A stretch of 63,901 bases of DNA, filler included, from Bigelowiella natans CCMP2755 (Eukaryota; Protista; Cercozoa): NCBI GenBank assembly GCA_000320545.1. It is 10 parts of 10 records of this genome, joined end to end, with 100 filler letters (N's around TTAATTAATTAA, not from the genome) between each part and the next. Parts side by side here need not be neighbours in the genome. Positions count along the whole stretch, not along the records: positions 1 to 10,457 come from ADNK01000930.1; positions 10,558 to 24,487 come from ADNK01001373.1; 8 more parts are not named here. The stretch is one strand, 5' to 3'. The first letter of the stretch is position 1. Each line of letters starts with the position of its first letter. Shown here piece after piece: positions 1 to 11,767 of this stretch. Position numbers and translations under genes: made by a program. The notes beneath the pieces were generated by a model. It was not told the origin of the DNA and ran no database searches. It saw only the letters and a program-made list of their open reading frames with translations.

Positions 1-16
1 TAGTATATATAGTACT

Positions 17-80
<64 letters not shown>

Positions 81-199
81 ATATTTATAGTTGTGTCATT
101 GGTAGTTGTTCGTTAATGATGACGACGATGGCAAAGAAGATGATGGCAAAGAAGATGATGGCAAAGAAGAGAGCCATGCTCGATTTCAAATCCAATGGC

Positions 200-770
200 A
201 TCATCGCCCTGCAGCACCCAGCGGGAGAAAATCACGGTCGCATCGAAAGAAAGAAAAACAGCCTGGAAAAGAGACAAGCCAACCTGCCACGTAGCACCCT
301 CGCAGCGATGTGAGAAACTCGCCGTACTCACGGAAGAGTATATTCCGATAAAACCGATCCCCAATGATCTTTTTGGTTTGTGGGAGAAGCATAATCAGCA
401 TGGGGTAGCAGTAGCAGTTGTAGAAGAGTTGCGAGGCTCAGCAGCAGCAGCAGCACCAACAGCGCAAAGAACAACGATTGGTAGGAATACAAACATTGAA
501 GATCTGACTTAGAAGAACACCTTCTCCGTGTTTAGGTACGCTTCTAAGTCGCGCTGATAAAAGCAAAGCAATCATCAATGCAATGTAAGGAGAGCTTCAT
601 CTCCCAACTCTTCATCACCATCTTCCTTCACCGCTGTCACCAAATTCAACTTACCACCCCCAAAAACAAAAAGTAGCCGTAGTCGTCACGCTCAAAGGCG
701 ATTATCACATCGGACTATAAGAACAGGGCTGTATAGCCTCTGCGACAAACAAAGAAGACAACGCCATTCC
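200..770 (-). CDS. Spliced hypothetical protein (partial, boundaries uncertain)
   Basis: GT-AG-bounded exons on the minus strand read SDVIIAFERDDYGYFLFLGV (about 655-714), RDLEAYLNTEK and IIGDRFYRNILFREYGEFLTSLRGCYVA (about 287-368). No family recognised. Confidence 0.35.
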
Positions 771-897
771 GCCCGTCGCGAGGCAGCGCTCAGGGTATTT
801 TCCGAAGAGAAATTAGAGAATTTCCAAAATTTGATTGCTTCTATATCTATTGCTGTCCCCTCTTCAAAGTCTTTCCTCGTCTTTTTTTCCCCCCCCC

Positions 898-1042
898 TTA
901 TTCTTCTTCTTCTTCTTCTTCTTCGTTGTTATCTATCACGTCGTTGCGTTGTCGGAACTGGTCCTCCCAGACTGTCCCGGTAAAGTCGTGGATTTTAACG
1001 CTAGAGGGCTCTGCGATCACCTTCAGATGCATAACATCTATA

Positions 1043-1092
<50 letters not shown>

Positions 1093-1402
1093 TATGATAT
1101 TGTGTAAATTAGCTTCCTCAACTCTTGCATCCTCATTTTTTTAGCATAAACCTAACATTTCTACGACGACTAGTACCACCCTCCACCCTTGATCCTCTAC
1201 ACTAATGCTCATCACCCCTTTGCCCCCTCCCGCCCATAGTCCGGCAAGAGCGCTCTTGCGGCCTTTTAATGACAAAGAAGAAGTCACAGCTCACCGGGGA
1301 AACGGGGGGAGGCAGAGGAATATTCGAAATGTCGTGGTAGTGGTAATAGTAGCAGCAGCAGTAGTAGTAGTCGGAATAGTAGCACGAGGAATACCCTCTC
1401 TG

Positions 1403-1457
<55 letters not shown>

Positions 1458-1458
1458 T

Positions 1459-1503
<45 letters not shown>

Positions 1504-1979
1504 CAATATAAGACCCATTCCGGTTGCTAGACGCATGCCGTCACGAACGTACTCCTCAACCTATATTTGGTGCCATAATATACTCATATTAATAATCTTA
1601 TGATGTAGCCGCACGTGCTCGAATATACGCATCGAAGACGATAACAATCATGCGATAATGGTTAGTCCTCGTTCTCAATCTACTCATCAATCTGGGTCTG
1701 TCTCATAAGCTCAAAAATCATCACAGCTGTTCTTTCAGAAATAAAAAAAATAAAAGGTTCTTTGAGAGAAACCCCAGGCCGCGCGGAAAGCATCGATATT
1801 TTCCTACGCTTGAGAACGTCATGGAGGCTGTATCGTAGAGGGGGAAATCATCGATGTTTTCGCTAGGAGTGGTGCACAGCCGAGTCGCATTGCTTCGGTC
1901 TCGTTGTTTTGCATCATGCTTCTCTTCAGGTGAAGGACCGTGGAGTACTTCCTCAGCCTTATGCCTGTCGTTCATATGC

Positions 1980-2078
<99 letters not shown>

Positions 2079-2171
2079 CGCGCGCGCGCGTGTCTGTGTT
2101 ATAGACAGTAACTTCGTCGATAGTTGATATACCACTAAGTTGCGGTTTGCGGAGCCTCATACTTACCAAAA

Positions 2172-2213
<42 letters not shown>

Positions 2214-3176
2214 GAGAGGGGGGGGGTAATTCAATCTGCGTGCTGTGTGATACAGATACCTCCGCATCCTTGCCCTCTAGTTGTATTAGCCAGGAAAGCA
2301 CCATGGAGAGCGCGTGTGTGTCGCCCCACCTTACCAAATTCGCGACCATAGCAAGACAAAGCCATTCGATAAGACTCTCTTTTCCTGCCTATTTGCCTGT
2401 GTCGTTGCACTGTTTTTTTGTGTAACGTAACTAAACAACAACCTCGAAAAACATGGCTTCGTGCTTGTCGTAGTCGACCGTATCTGCCTCTAGAAACTAA
2501 TGATCAATGATGTATGTAGAGACCGATCATAAGAGCACCTGCAATTCGTCTACCCAGCCTCCACATTCAATGCAGTCGCTAACCTCAACATGTTGTCGAT
2601 TGCATAATCATTGTCACGCTAGTATCGTGTTTCATGCCACCGTCATCACCATCAAACGAAGACAGCACCAAAGCGAGCATCACCAAACCTTTTTGAGGGG
2701 GTTCAGAGCTGGATCGCTGACCTGATCGAAATGAAGGAAGAAGGAAATAAAGATATCCGAGCCACGGAACAGCAAAAAATCTGCAGAAAGACGACTGTGA
2801 CAGCACAACAAAAGTAGAGCCTCTTCATCACCTTAACCTCGCCCGCTTTGAGATCCCATACTGCAAATCCTCGCCTATCATGCATGCAATAAAAGCGAGT
2901 TATTTCGATAGTGCGAAGCGACGCCTGACGGCCATTCACTATCTAGTCCTTGCCTGAGGCCAGTATTTTCGATTGCTGTAGCAAGAGCATAGGGGTCGTC
3001 ACCCATGCAAAGATCACCACCTCCAGAAAACCAACGCCTGAGGCAACGCACATAGCGGTCAAATCAAGATGTTGCGGCGTGCGAAAGAGAGGGCGGGGAG
3101 CTACTGAGATGGGGGAGGACCTGGAGGACTGGCCACATGGTGGTGGGGTAGTACGTCGGGCAAGCCGAAGGAGCAT
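898..3176 (-). CDS. Multi-exon hypothetical protein, probably mitochondrial; weak PPR-like motif
   Basis: Arg-rich, acid-free N-terminus (MLLRLARR). Short exons join in phase: FSGGAIENTGLRRGFAVWDLKAGE|VSDPALNPLKK|RDNDYAIDNMLR|LGRRIAEADTVDYDKHEAMFFE|...NENIDDFPLYDTASMTFSS|...AVMIFELMRQTQID|...HLKVIAEPSSVKIHDFTGTVWEDQFRQRNDVIDNNE8*. Stop at 898-900. Confidence 0.55.
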
Positions 3177-3770
3177 TTAGAGATGTGCTCTTCTCGATTA
3201 GATAAAAATTATTTTTACGATATATTAAGGTAGAATATAGCCAGAATATTCTTTACTGATTGCGTCTGCGTCTCGCTTCCACGTTGGGAATCATAGCAGC
3301 TTCGAAGTATCCTAAGGAAATATCGGCTCTAAAATATTCCCAAGCTCCTGCTCGGAAAGCCTCCTTCGGTAGCAGAAAGGCGAGATATAAAACCAGAACT
3401 CTCCGTCCATTTATCCCTTACGACTGGTACAATGAGACGAATTTGCAGTCGGAACGAATATTCTCAGCAAAACATGGCTATTTAGGTATGCGACAATGAA
3501 TCGACGACTTCTCTAATCTAGTCTTTTACGTACCGGTAGTCTTACCTTTAAATGCAGTCAAAACGATACAAAGGAAGCAAGGAAGCACTTCGTTCCTGTG
3601 TAAAAATCTGTTAGATAATTCTAGTACATCCTAATCGAATATAGTGAGGGTCAAAGTATGCATCATCCTGCCTTATTCCTTCTAGCATTGAAAATAAATG
3701 TATTATTACAACCCGATAATATCTTGCATACTATTTCCTATTGAAAAGGTGCTTTTTCTTCTTCCAACTC

Positions 3771-4388
3771 ATGGCTGCCACGAGCCGGAACTCACAGAAT
3801 CCAACAAGCAGGCAAGCCATGGGAGCGTCGAGCAGCAAGTCGTCGTCCGATGCGTCCATCGAGACGCTTATCTCTGAGCATAAGGTGGTCACCCCTACCT
3901 GTTTTGTATGCTCAATCTAGATTGACGCAAATGATGCGCATGTTCGATTTACTCGAATGGGGATGTTGGTTGTACACAAGGTGATCGTATTCTCCGCCAG
4001 CTGGTGCCCCTACTGCAAGAAAGCGAAAGGAGTTCTTGATGTAATCGAACCAAAGCTCGAGTAGGATCATCCAAAATTGATGCACGGTGTTCTTCCACAG
4101 GATCTAGGTGCAAAATACAAGGCTATTGAGACAGACCAAGATTCTAATGGGGGCGCTTACAAGAACCAGTTGAAGAAGAAGACGGGTCGAACCTCAGTTC
4201 CACAAATTTTCATCAGCGGCAAGGTTGATAAACTACTACTTAAAGACATACACTGTCCTTTACTTCCTCATTTATAAATTAATTATCAGTTCATTGGTGG
4301 CTGCAATGACGGACCTGGGATTGTTCCTCTGCATGCTAGTGGAAAGCTCGTTCCTATGTTGAAGGAAGCAGGTTCTCTGTCTGATTGA
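3771..4388 (+). CDS. Dithiol glutaredoxin (CPYC), 4 exons
   Basis: Spliced product MGASSSK...SEHK|VIVFSASWCPYCKKAKGVLD|DLGAKYKAIE...KTGRTSVPQIFISGK|FIGGCNDGPGIVPLHASGKLVPMLKEAGSLSD*. Has the CPYC active site, the cis-Pro motif (SVPQIFI) and the GG motif. In-frame ATGs at 3771 and 3819. Confidence 0.95.
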
Positions 4389-4559
4389 GAAAATTGTAAG
4401 TCCTATTAGAAAACTATCATGTGCAAATGATACCTATGACATGTGTGCTGTCGCCACATAATCTATCCACCAGCGCATGCATGGCTGGCTGCGATGCTGC
4501 TGTAGTTTGCAAATTGTGTAAGTGTAGCCGTACGTGTGTAACAAGACACCAATCTAGAG

Positions 4560-6410
4560 CATGTCAGTGAACTGGCAATGTGCAAATGACATGCAAGTGC
4601 AATCAAGCAAACGACAATGCGCCCCAATCAACGTCCATTGCAAAATGGACAAAAAGGTCAACACGTTTCAATGGCACGTGGCAAAGACAACTTTCCAGCC
4701 TTGCTGCGTTCATCAGTCACATCTTTCAACAAAGCGCCTTTTTTCCCACGATCGTGTCTCAAGTCATTCGAATTCAACAGCTGGTGCGTTGTCAAACGTT
4801 TGCAACGTTTTGGCAACTGAGGGACACGTGCGCGTGCGAGAAGCCTGCAGTGGAGCCTGCAGGAATGCAATTTCTCGTGCACGCACCAGGAGCCTGTGGG
4901 CTCTGCCAGTCTGCAGGAACGTGATTTCTGCAAAGAGAAGGTGGAAGAACCATCATTTGGGGTTTCTGTGGGCTTCCTTTCATTCCGTTTGCTTTTTCTC
5001 ACTTTGCGAGCTAGCGAGGTCCAGAGGTCTGAGACCCCCTCCGCCGGGCTGCGTCTTCCCAAAGGAGATTGTCCACTGCGATGCCTCGAGCTCACGAGAG
5101 CTTGCCACGGACTCTTTGCAGTGGCACAAGAAGGTGAAGTCACTGCTGGTGGACAAACAGGGCAGAGGGCTTCGAGGAGTGTCGCTCAGCCCCTTCTGGC
5201 CTTGCCTGTTCACTCGAAGGGCCACCAAAACTTCCCCAGCCACCGTCACACTGCTGCACGTTGATGGCTAGATGGTGGCATCACCGTGTCATCACCTCTT
5301 GACACAACTGGACAATGAAAGTGGTGATGAAAACCGTGAGCAAGAGCTTCGAGGTCAAGTCAGAGTCGCTGTCTTGGTGCTTGGGACTCAAGGTTGAAGT
5401 GAACAGGGATGAAGTTCACGTTTCAAGTCCAGCCCACGTCAAGCTAGCATGGCAATCTGGCAATGCTGGAGAAGCTTGCTAGCTTGGGTGTGCGGACTCC
5501 AATGTCAAAGCAACCTCAGCCAACTCTGACGTGATCCTCAACTGAGAACAAAGGTGAAACTGCGGTCTGCAACGAGACAAAGTGGCCAACTTCAAGCGCA
5601 AAGTTCGACTCAAGTGAGTGTGGTGCAGTCACCGAGTGCACATTATTTTTCATTTTGTTCGCAAATATGAGCTTTGACCTTCCATCTGGATCTTGAACTG
5701 CAGCAGCAAATCCTGGCTGTGCACGGATGAACGTCAATGACCCGCACTTTTGGCTGCAAGGTGGTCACGCAAGTGTCATGAAAGGAAAATGAAGCATCAT
5801 TGTTGCGTTTCGTCGAGTTTGTATTCCCCGCCTGTGCCGTGACAAGACGTTCAGAACGTGCAATGACCTCTTGAATCAAGGCAACTCTGACCCTGATCGA
5901 ATCTGAAGACACAAACACAAGTCAATTCAGATCAGTCACTCGACTCAAAACTGGAGACACAGACACTCGCCAATTCGCCTGCAACCCTGAGACCAACAAT
6001 GATGGCAAACTCATCACTTCTGTGCGACATTTTTGTGTCAAACACGGCGGTTTCTCAGAATGCGACAACACTGTGTTGACGCTGACTGACCCTTGATCTG
6101 CTTCGAACAGTTTTGCGACATTGAGTCCTTGTCGCCTAAGTGAAATGCGACCTTTTCTTCATCCCTCCTTGCAAATCTGAAGGACTGCGATTTGTCGCTC
6201 AGCAAGCAGTGCTTCAATTGGCGCATTTTGGGAACGCGACTGGAAGATGCGGACCGACATTGTTCACAAAGGATGCCTTTTGCTGCTGATTTGCTGAGTG
6301 GAGATGCGTGGAGATGCAGTCTCACTTCAGTGCCAAATTGTCTGTGATTCGAGCACTGTGGTGTGTCAGGGACGCCCGACACTGTCGCCTCGGAGGCTTG
6401 ACCAGCCACA
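4560..6410. pseudogene. TpA-depleted degenerate island (decayed gene or transposon remnant)
   Basis: By eye, 8 TA dinucleotides in about 1850 bp, 4 of them in CTAG. The ORFs listed within the block contain no Tyr and are His/Cys-rich. No microsatellites and no recognisable intact domain. Confidence 0.6.
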
Positions 6411-6713
6411 AGGTAGCTGATTAATGATTCCTATGGATCTATCTTCCTATTCGTTCAGCTCAGAAACTTGCTCTCACGGCCAGACCAGCCACCTAGTGCC
6501 TGTGTTGCAATGAGCAATGTGATCAATGTATGCACGGTGTTAGAATCTGCAAACATGTAAAGATTAGTAAACATACCTTCTTGCGGTAGTAAAGTCTACA
6601 CTGTTCTTATTTAATGTTTATTGTGTCAAGCTTCTTCTCCTAAAAATGACAAAGTGAACAGTGAAATCTTTGTCGCTCTGAGAATTTTACATGTGCATCA
6701 TAGAAATATCAAT

Positions 6714-7841
6714 ATGTCAGGGGCAGCTTCATACACTCATTCGAGAATGGCTCGGGTAATCTGCTGGTGGGTTGCCCGCTCCAGATGGCAGATGGGGGCC
6801 TTGCTTTTTCTGACTCTCATAATTCTGTTTGATCTATCGTACGACTTACTAATGAAGAAGAAGGTAGGTCTGCATATATCGAATGGACATCATAACTTTC
6901 CGGCATCTCGCTTGGTTTTGAAGGTGGTTGTGGTCTTGGCAGATAACAATGGCGGAGAATCTGTCGTTGGAACCTCTGGTAGAGATGTGTTTCAGAGAGA
7001 ACCCCTACAAAAAGAGAAAGGCGGGGAAACCGACAGTTGTAGTAGGAGAAGGCCAGGAGCTAGATCCCGAAGCTTTCACATTGGAATATGACGAGTCTCT
7101 TGTCCCCAATGGCAACTATCCAAAGTAGGAATACATGCATTTAAAATGAATAATACAGATCTGGGGCTGACGACACAGAACATTTGTATATGACGCTCAC
7201 GGGAACTTACACAACATTTGCGCCGAGCTGATTGGTGCTGTATTTAGATACGCTGTGTATCCGGGCCTCGAAGGGAATAACCGTGAGCCGTATTGGAAAA
7301 TGGTTACGATAATAATTATATGTCCATCTCTCATCGACCATCTTCTCTAAGATTCACTCCAATGACTAGCAGTCTCGTTTTTGTATGTTATCATCATTAT
7401 TTAGGCTTGCCAGTACACCGAGCTCATGGAACTTAATCATAACGTGTTCAACATGGATTTGAAGCTAAGGATACAAGCTGGCGATGATAGTACGGAAGAC
7501 AGACATCACAACCAGTCCTCGGCAGGTTGGCCATTGCTTGCTGTGGATACTGGCGGACGGTCAGATCTCTCCAATATCTGGCATGCTCTCCTCGACGACC
7601 CGGCCGTTTGGTGTGCAGCCCACTTTGCAAAGGAGATGTTTAGGCACAGAAGAAGGCACGATAACAGTAAGGAGACATCCAAGGAAATGGGCCCTCCTTA
7701 TCCCTTTTACATCTTCCTCCTCGACGGGAACAAACACCATAAGGTTTGGGCGCCACCCATCCCTTCTCGTCCCATCCATAGAATGATTATACAGACTTAG
7801 AATCGCACGTCCATTTGCTGTGTTTGGCGTGTATATGTTGC

Positions 7842-7883
<42 letters not shown>

Positions 7884-8864
7884 ACCCGTGTTAGAATTTT
7901 CTGCAAGGGGTTGCACAGCACGTTATTGTTCCAGAGGACGTTATTAGTTCCAATGCAGCCGCAAACGGCCATCCAAGAGATGGTTCATCACGGAACAACA
8001 GCGGCCTTCACAGCGATAAAGCAGGCAAGCTTGGGTCTCTGCCATCATCGTCGTCGGCCTTATTGCATATGAGTACTTGCAAGGTTGAACTGCACGTACC
8101 GCGTGAGAAGCAGGGCGAGTCAAAGCCGCAGCAGAGCTGTTCCTTGCTTCTTCCACCGGGAACCAAGCTATTTCTTTTTAAGAAACAAGGTCTCCATAAG
8201 TAACTGAAAACGGTCCTTCGTGGTGCTGGCGATGTTGCTGTTTGTGTTGATTACAATGGTGACGAGAATGATAATGAAGGCGTAGTGTGCGTTACCCTGC
8301 TCACCGATACATCTTCCATCATCAGCTTATGCCCATTTTTTTTAACTTTTTGAATATACCATATCGATTGTTCGTGAGAGTGGTTATACTGCAACACCAT
8401 GCAGAATTCTGGCTTTTAAGTCGCCGGAGGCGATACTTCCAAAATCAGCTCAATGGCAACAGCATGCCTGGCGTGGAGCTCCAAGACGTACGTTGCGTGT
8501 TGACGTATCCAAACACTTTAAACAAAATCGACCCCATACATCACAGCGCTGTTATCACGAGGCCTCATAATCCATCAAGCGCCGCGTTTTGATGAAAAAG
8601 GCGAGAGATATACAAAGCTATTCATCATTCATCAGGTGCCCGTTCTACGCACTAAAGATGCCTTCCAGCAACAAGCAACTGATCTAGTGATGGAGGGTTA
8701 TCATATACCCAGAAGGACATGCTTAGGCGGGTTTGTCTTCGTCCTTGAACGCAGCGGCAGTTTCAAAACAGCTTCGAGCTTGGTAAGAACGATCACAGGA
8801 AGATATGGAGCCCGTTATTATTCGCCATTCGCCATACACGTATAATAACATCTATAATATGATA

Positions 8865-8943
<79 letters not shown>

Positions 8944-9826
8944 TTACCAACATCCAAAGCATTCATTCTATGCACTTATTGAATCAGCGGAATTTAAGAA
9001 AACTGGTAGATATGAGGACGAGAAACCTCGCGGGTGTCATAAATACGCTCGCTAAGGAGGGGATGGTAAGTGATTCCTCCCCCTCCCTTCCCCCCCTCGC
9101 CCTCACTCGCCCGCACCTCCATTTTTTTGCTCCTGATTCTTATTAATTCTCGTTCCCCTGACGACGTCTCTCCTCCTCTGTACATGGCCATATGGATGGC
9201 GTAGAACGTCGTGACGTCAACCCTAAAAGGCCTCAAATTTAGTCACCAGCTTCAAATCTTCGCCAACACTGCTGTCTTTATAGCGGTCCATGGAGCAGGG
9301 CTTACGAACATGATCTTCATGCGCCGAGGTGGGCCAATATTATTTGCCAGAGAAGCAATTATTTGAGTGAACTAGTTGGGTGAAAAGAGAGAACGAGGAA
9401 GAAGGGAGGGGGGTGACTGGCAAGATTCAGCAACGGAAGGGAGGGGACTTCAACTCGATAAATTATGCAAGAACAAATTATGCAAGAACTCCTTGCGTAC
9501 GCCGTGCTGCCAGTGCAAACCGGTCGAGACATATGCCTGATTTCTCTCTCGCTTACTACCCTTTCAAACAATCGCCAGGCTCCTCCGTCGTGGAGATCAC
9601 ACTCCGAAGCAGGACGGCCGAGAAGGGGGGGCGGTATAGATTGGTCGGGTTCATCGACACGGCGAAGAGCTTTGAGCTGCACTATTTTCATGCGGACCCA
9701 CACGCGATTCTGCCCCTGCCACTACAACTAGAGGATCCACATGCTACGACTGCAGTTGTTGTCAATTCTACGAAACTTGCGCACATCGCCCAAGCTGCGT
9801 GGTGTCTGGCGACTAGGTGTCAGTGA
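6714..9826 (+). CDS. Glycosyltransferase family 61 (DUF563-type), type II membrane protein
   Basis: N-terminal TM segment (GALLFLTLIILFDLSY); DLSNIWHALLDD motif; C-terminal GT61 signature QLQIFANTAVFIAVHGAGLTNMIFMR (about 9245-9325) followed by GSSVVEI; stop at 9824-9826. Confidence 0.85.
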
Positions 9827-10457
9827 TTTCTTTCATTTCTGAAGTCAGAGATCGAAATGGTGGATCGATGTGCCCTTGCCATTGCATTCGCGAAAATGGA
9901 AGAGTTGTGCATGTGCGCACATCGGCAACCAACGGACGTGCGTGAGATGATTGGAGCTAATGAACGAAAAGGCTAGAAGGCAAGGAATTCATTCAATTGT
10001 TTGCGCTTTGGATGATCACCACATCTGTGAGGCCTAGTTAGCTAGAGATGTGCGTCACTAAACCACATTTTCAGCACATCATGTGTGCACATGCTGGCAT
10101 GACTGGACCTGTCTAGCTGTGCATGGACTCAGCTTTCGACAATTGCATGCGCACGCCTTTGCTCACCGCGCTTGGTCGTGTGCATCGCACGTGCACATGT
10201 AGCGCGTACCACTACGCGGGCACAAGTCACGTGCGACAACAAAGGGGTTGTCGCGGATATAGAATATAGATAACGTAGATATTAATACAGCATAGGCACG
10301 TGGGTTCCGGCGGGACTCATGGCAGCACACCGGAAGTGTGCTGCCCCACGTGCGGCGGCATTCGCGAAAGCTTCGCGAATGATTACGCAGTGCACGATTT
10401 AATAAAAATATAATCTTTAATAAAAATAAACACAACTCTTCAAAAGGAAGCAAACGT

Positions 10458-10557
10458 NNNNNNNNNNNNNNNNNNNNNNNNNNNNNNNNNNNNNNNNNNN
10501 NTTAATTAATTAANNNNNNNNNNNNNNNNNNNNNNNNNNNNNNNNNNNNNNNNNNNN
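10458..10557. other. Artificial contig linker (first of nine)
   Basis: 44 N + TTAATTAATTAA (stop codons in all six frames) + 44 N. Identical 100-bp linkers at 24488, 25936, 28766, 30829, 37052, 46499, 60895 and 62349. Confidence 0.98.
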
Positions 10558-11405
10558 TCTTCCAAAGCAACAGGTTTCCTCCCAGCCTGGCCCCGAAAGA
10601 ATTTTGTCGAAGAAAGCACCACCCAGGTTTCGCAAATCGTGGTAATCAACTGCTGCGAGTGTCCTTTTAGGGATTGGGAAAAGTCGGGGGCCTTTCCAAT
10701 CACAACGTTTAATATCCTTTGTTGGTGGAGGTGCGGATCCCCAAAGAAGGGGATTTTGGACCCTTATTGGTGCCCCGACGTGTTTTTTTTGGGGGGGGGG
10801 AACGGGTTTTGGGGGGGGGGATGCCCCGGGGGGGCCCCCCCCCGGATTGAATCCTCCCGGAGCAAATACCCTTTGGCAGAAAAGAACGGGGAGTCATAAA
10901 CGGGGGGTCATCAACGCTTCTCGGCCAAAACCCCCCCCCCCCCCCCCCCAGCCCCCCCTCTCAGTCCATCTCATCCAAAAATCTGAGTGATATAAACCCC
11001 GTTTACAACATGCCACCTACCCATTTTGTTCTCATATAAATGCTCCCCCATCTTCGGATGCAGCTGGTTGGGGAGAGGTGTGGAGGACAGGGTTTGTGTT
11101 CGAAGGGCTTGGAGTTAACGGGTAAATTTCTGGCAAAAAAGGATGTATATTTCTTCCTGCGACAATATTATTTTCCTTGTCGTAAATATGAATTAAAGGC
11201 TCCGGGTAAGTACGTCATCGCCTTCTCGTAGATCTAATTTTAAATTTTAAGACAATTTCGTCGGGATGTCCTGGATGTCGCCGGTGAAAAACAGGGCGAT
11301 TTTCACTTGTTTTGACCGTCAGAGTGCGCAGTCCGTTTGACAACAGCGACAACCCTTCAGGAGAGTTTCTTTCAAAAAAATACCCAGCGGCAGAGCGCTC
11401 CTAAC

Positions 11406-11736
11406 ATGGCTTCCGTCCTCGTGACCGGCGCGAATGGCCGGCTCGGTTCCCGAATTGCAGCACGCCTGGCAAAGGTAAAGGGGGGGGGGGGGGGGGGGGA
11501 GAAAAGGATAAGGAAGGGGGAATCGGACAAAAGGGCGGGATAAGGGGGCGTGCAAATTTTAGGTGTGCCGTTTTGTTGGCTTGATTGATGATGATGTTGT
11601 ACACGCAGGAGGGCCAGAAGGTTGTCGCTACCGACCGGCTTCGTTCTCCAAACAACGAGGAACTTGTCGGAATTGCTGCTTACCACCACGCCGATCTATC
11701 GAATGAGTGTGACGTGAAGGTGTGCGTGTGTGTGCG

Positions 11737-11767
<31 letters not shown>

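Noticed and set aside
4561-5271. 236-aa ORF and overlapping ORFs as real genes
   Set aside because: The long frames are explained by loss of TAA/TAG stops in TA-depleted DNA; no Tyr and no recognisable motif.
10458-10557. Recurrent TTAATTAATTAA motif flanked by Ns as a biological repeat or insertion site
   Set aside because: Identical 100-bp six-frame-stop linker at all nine gaps; an assembly construct.
10558-11000. Coding-like sequence at a contig start
   Set aside because: Homopolymer-rich, apparently low-quality sequence with no recognisable motif.
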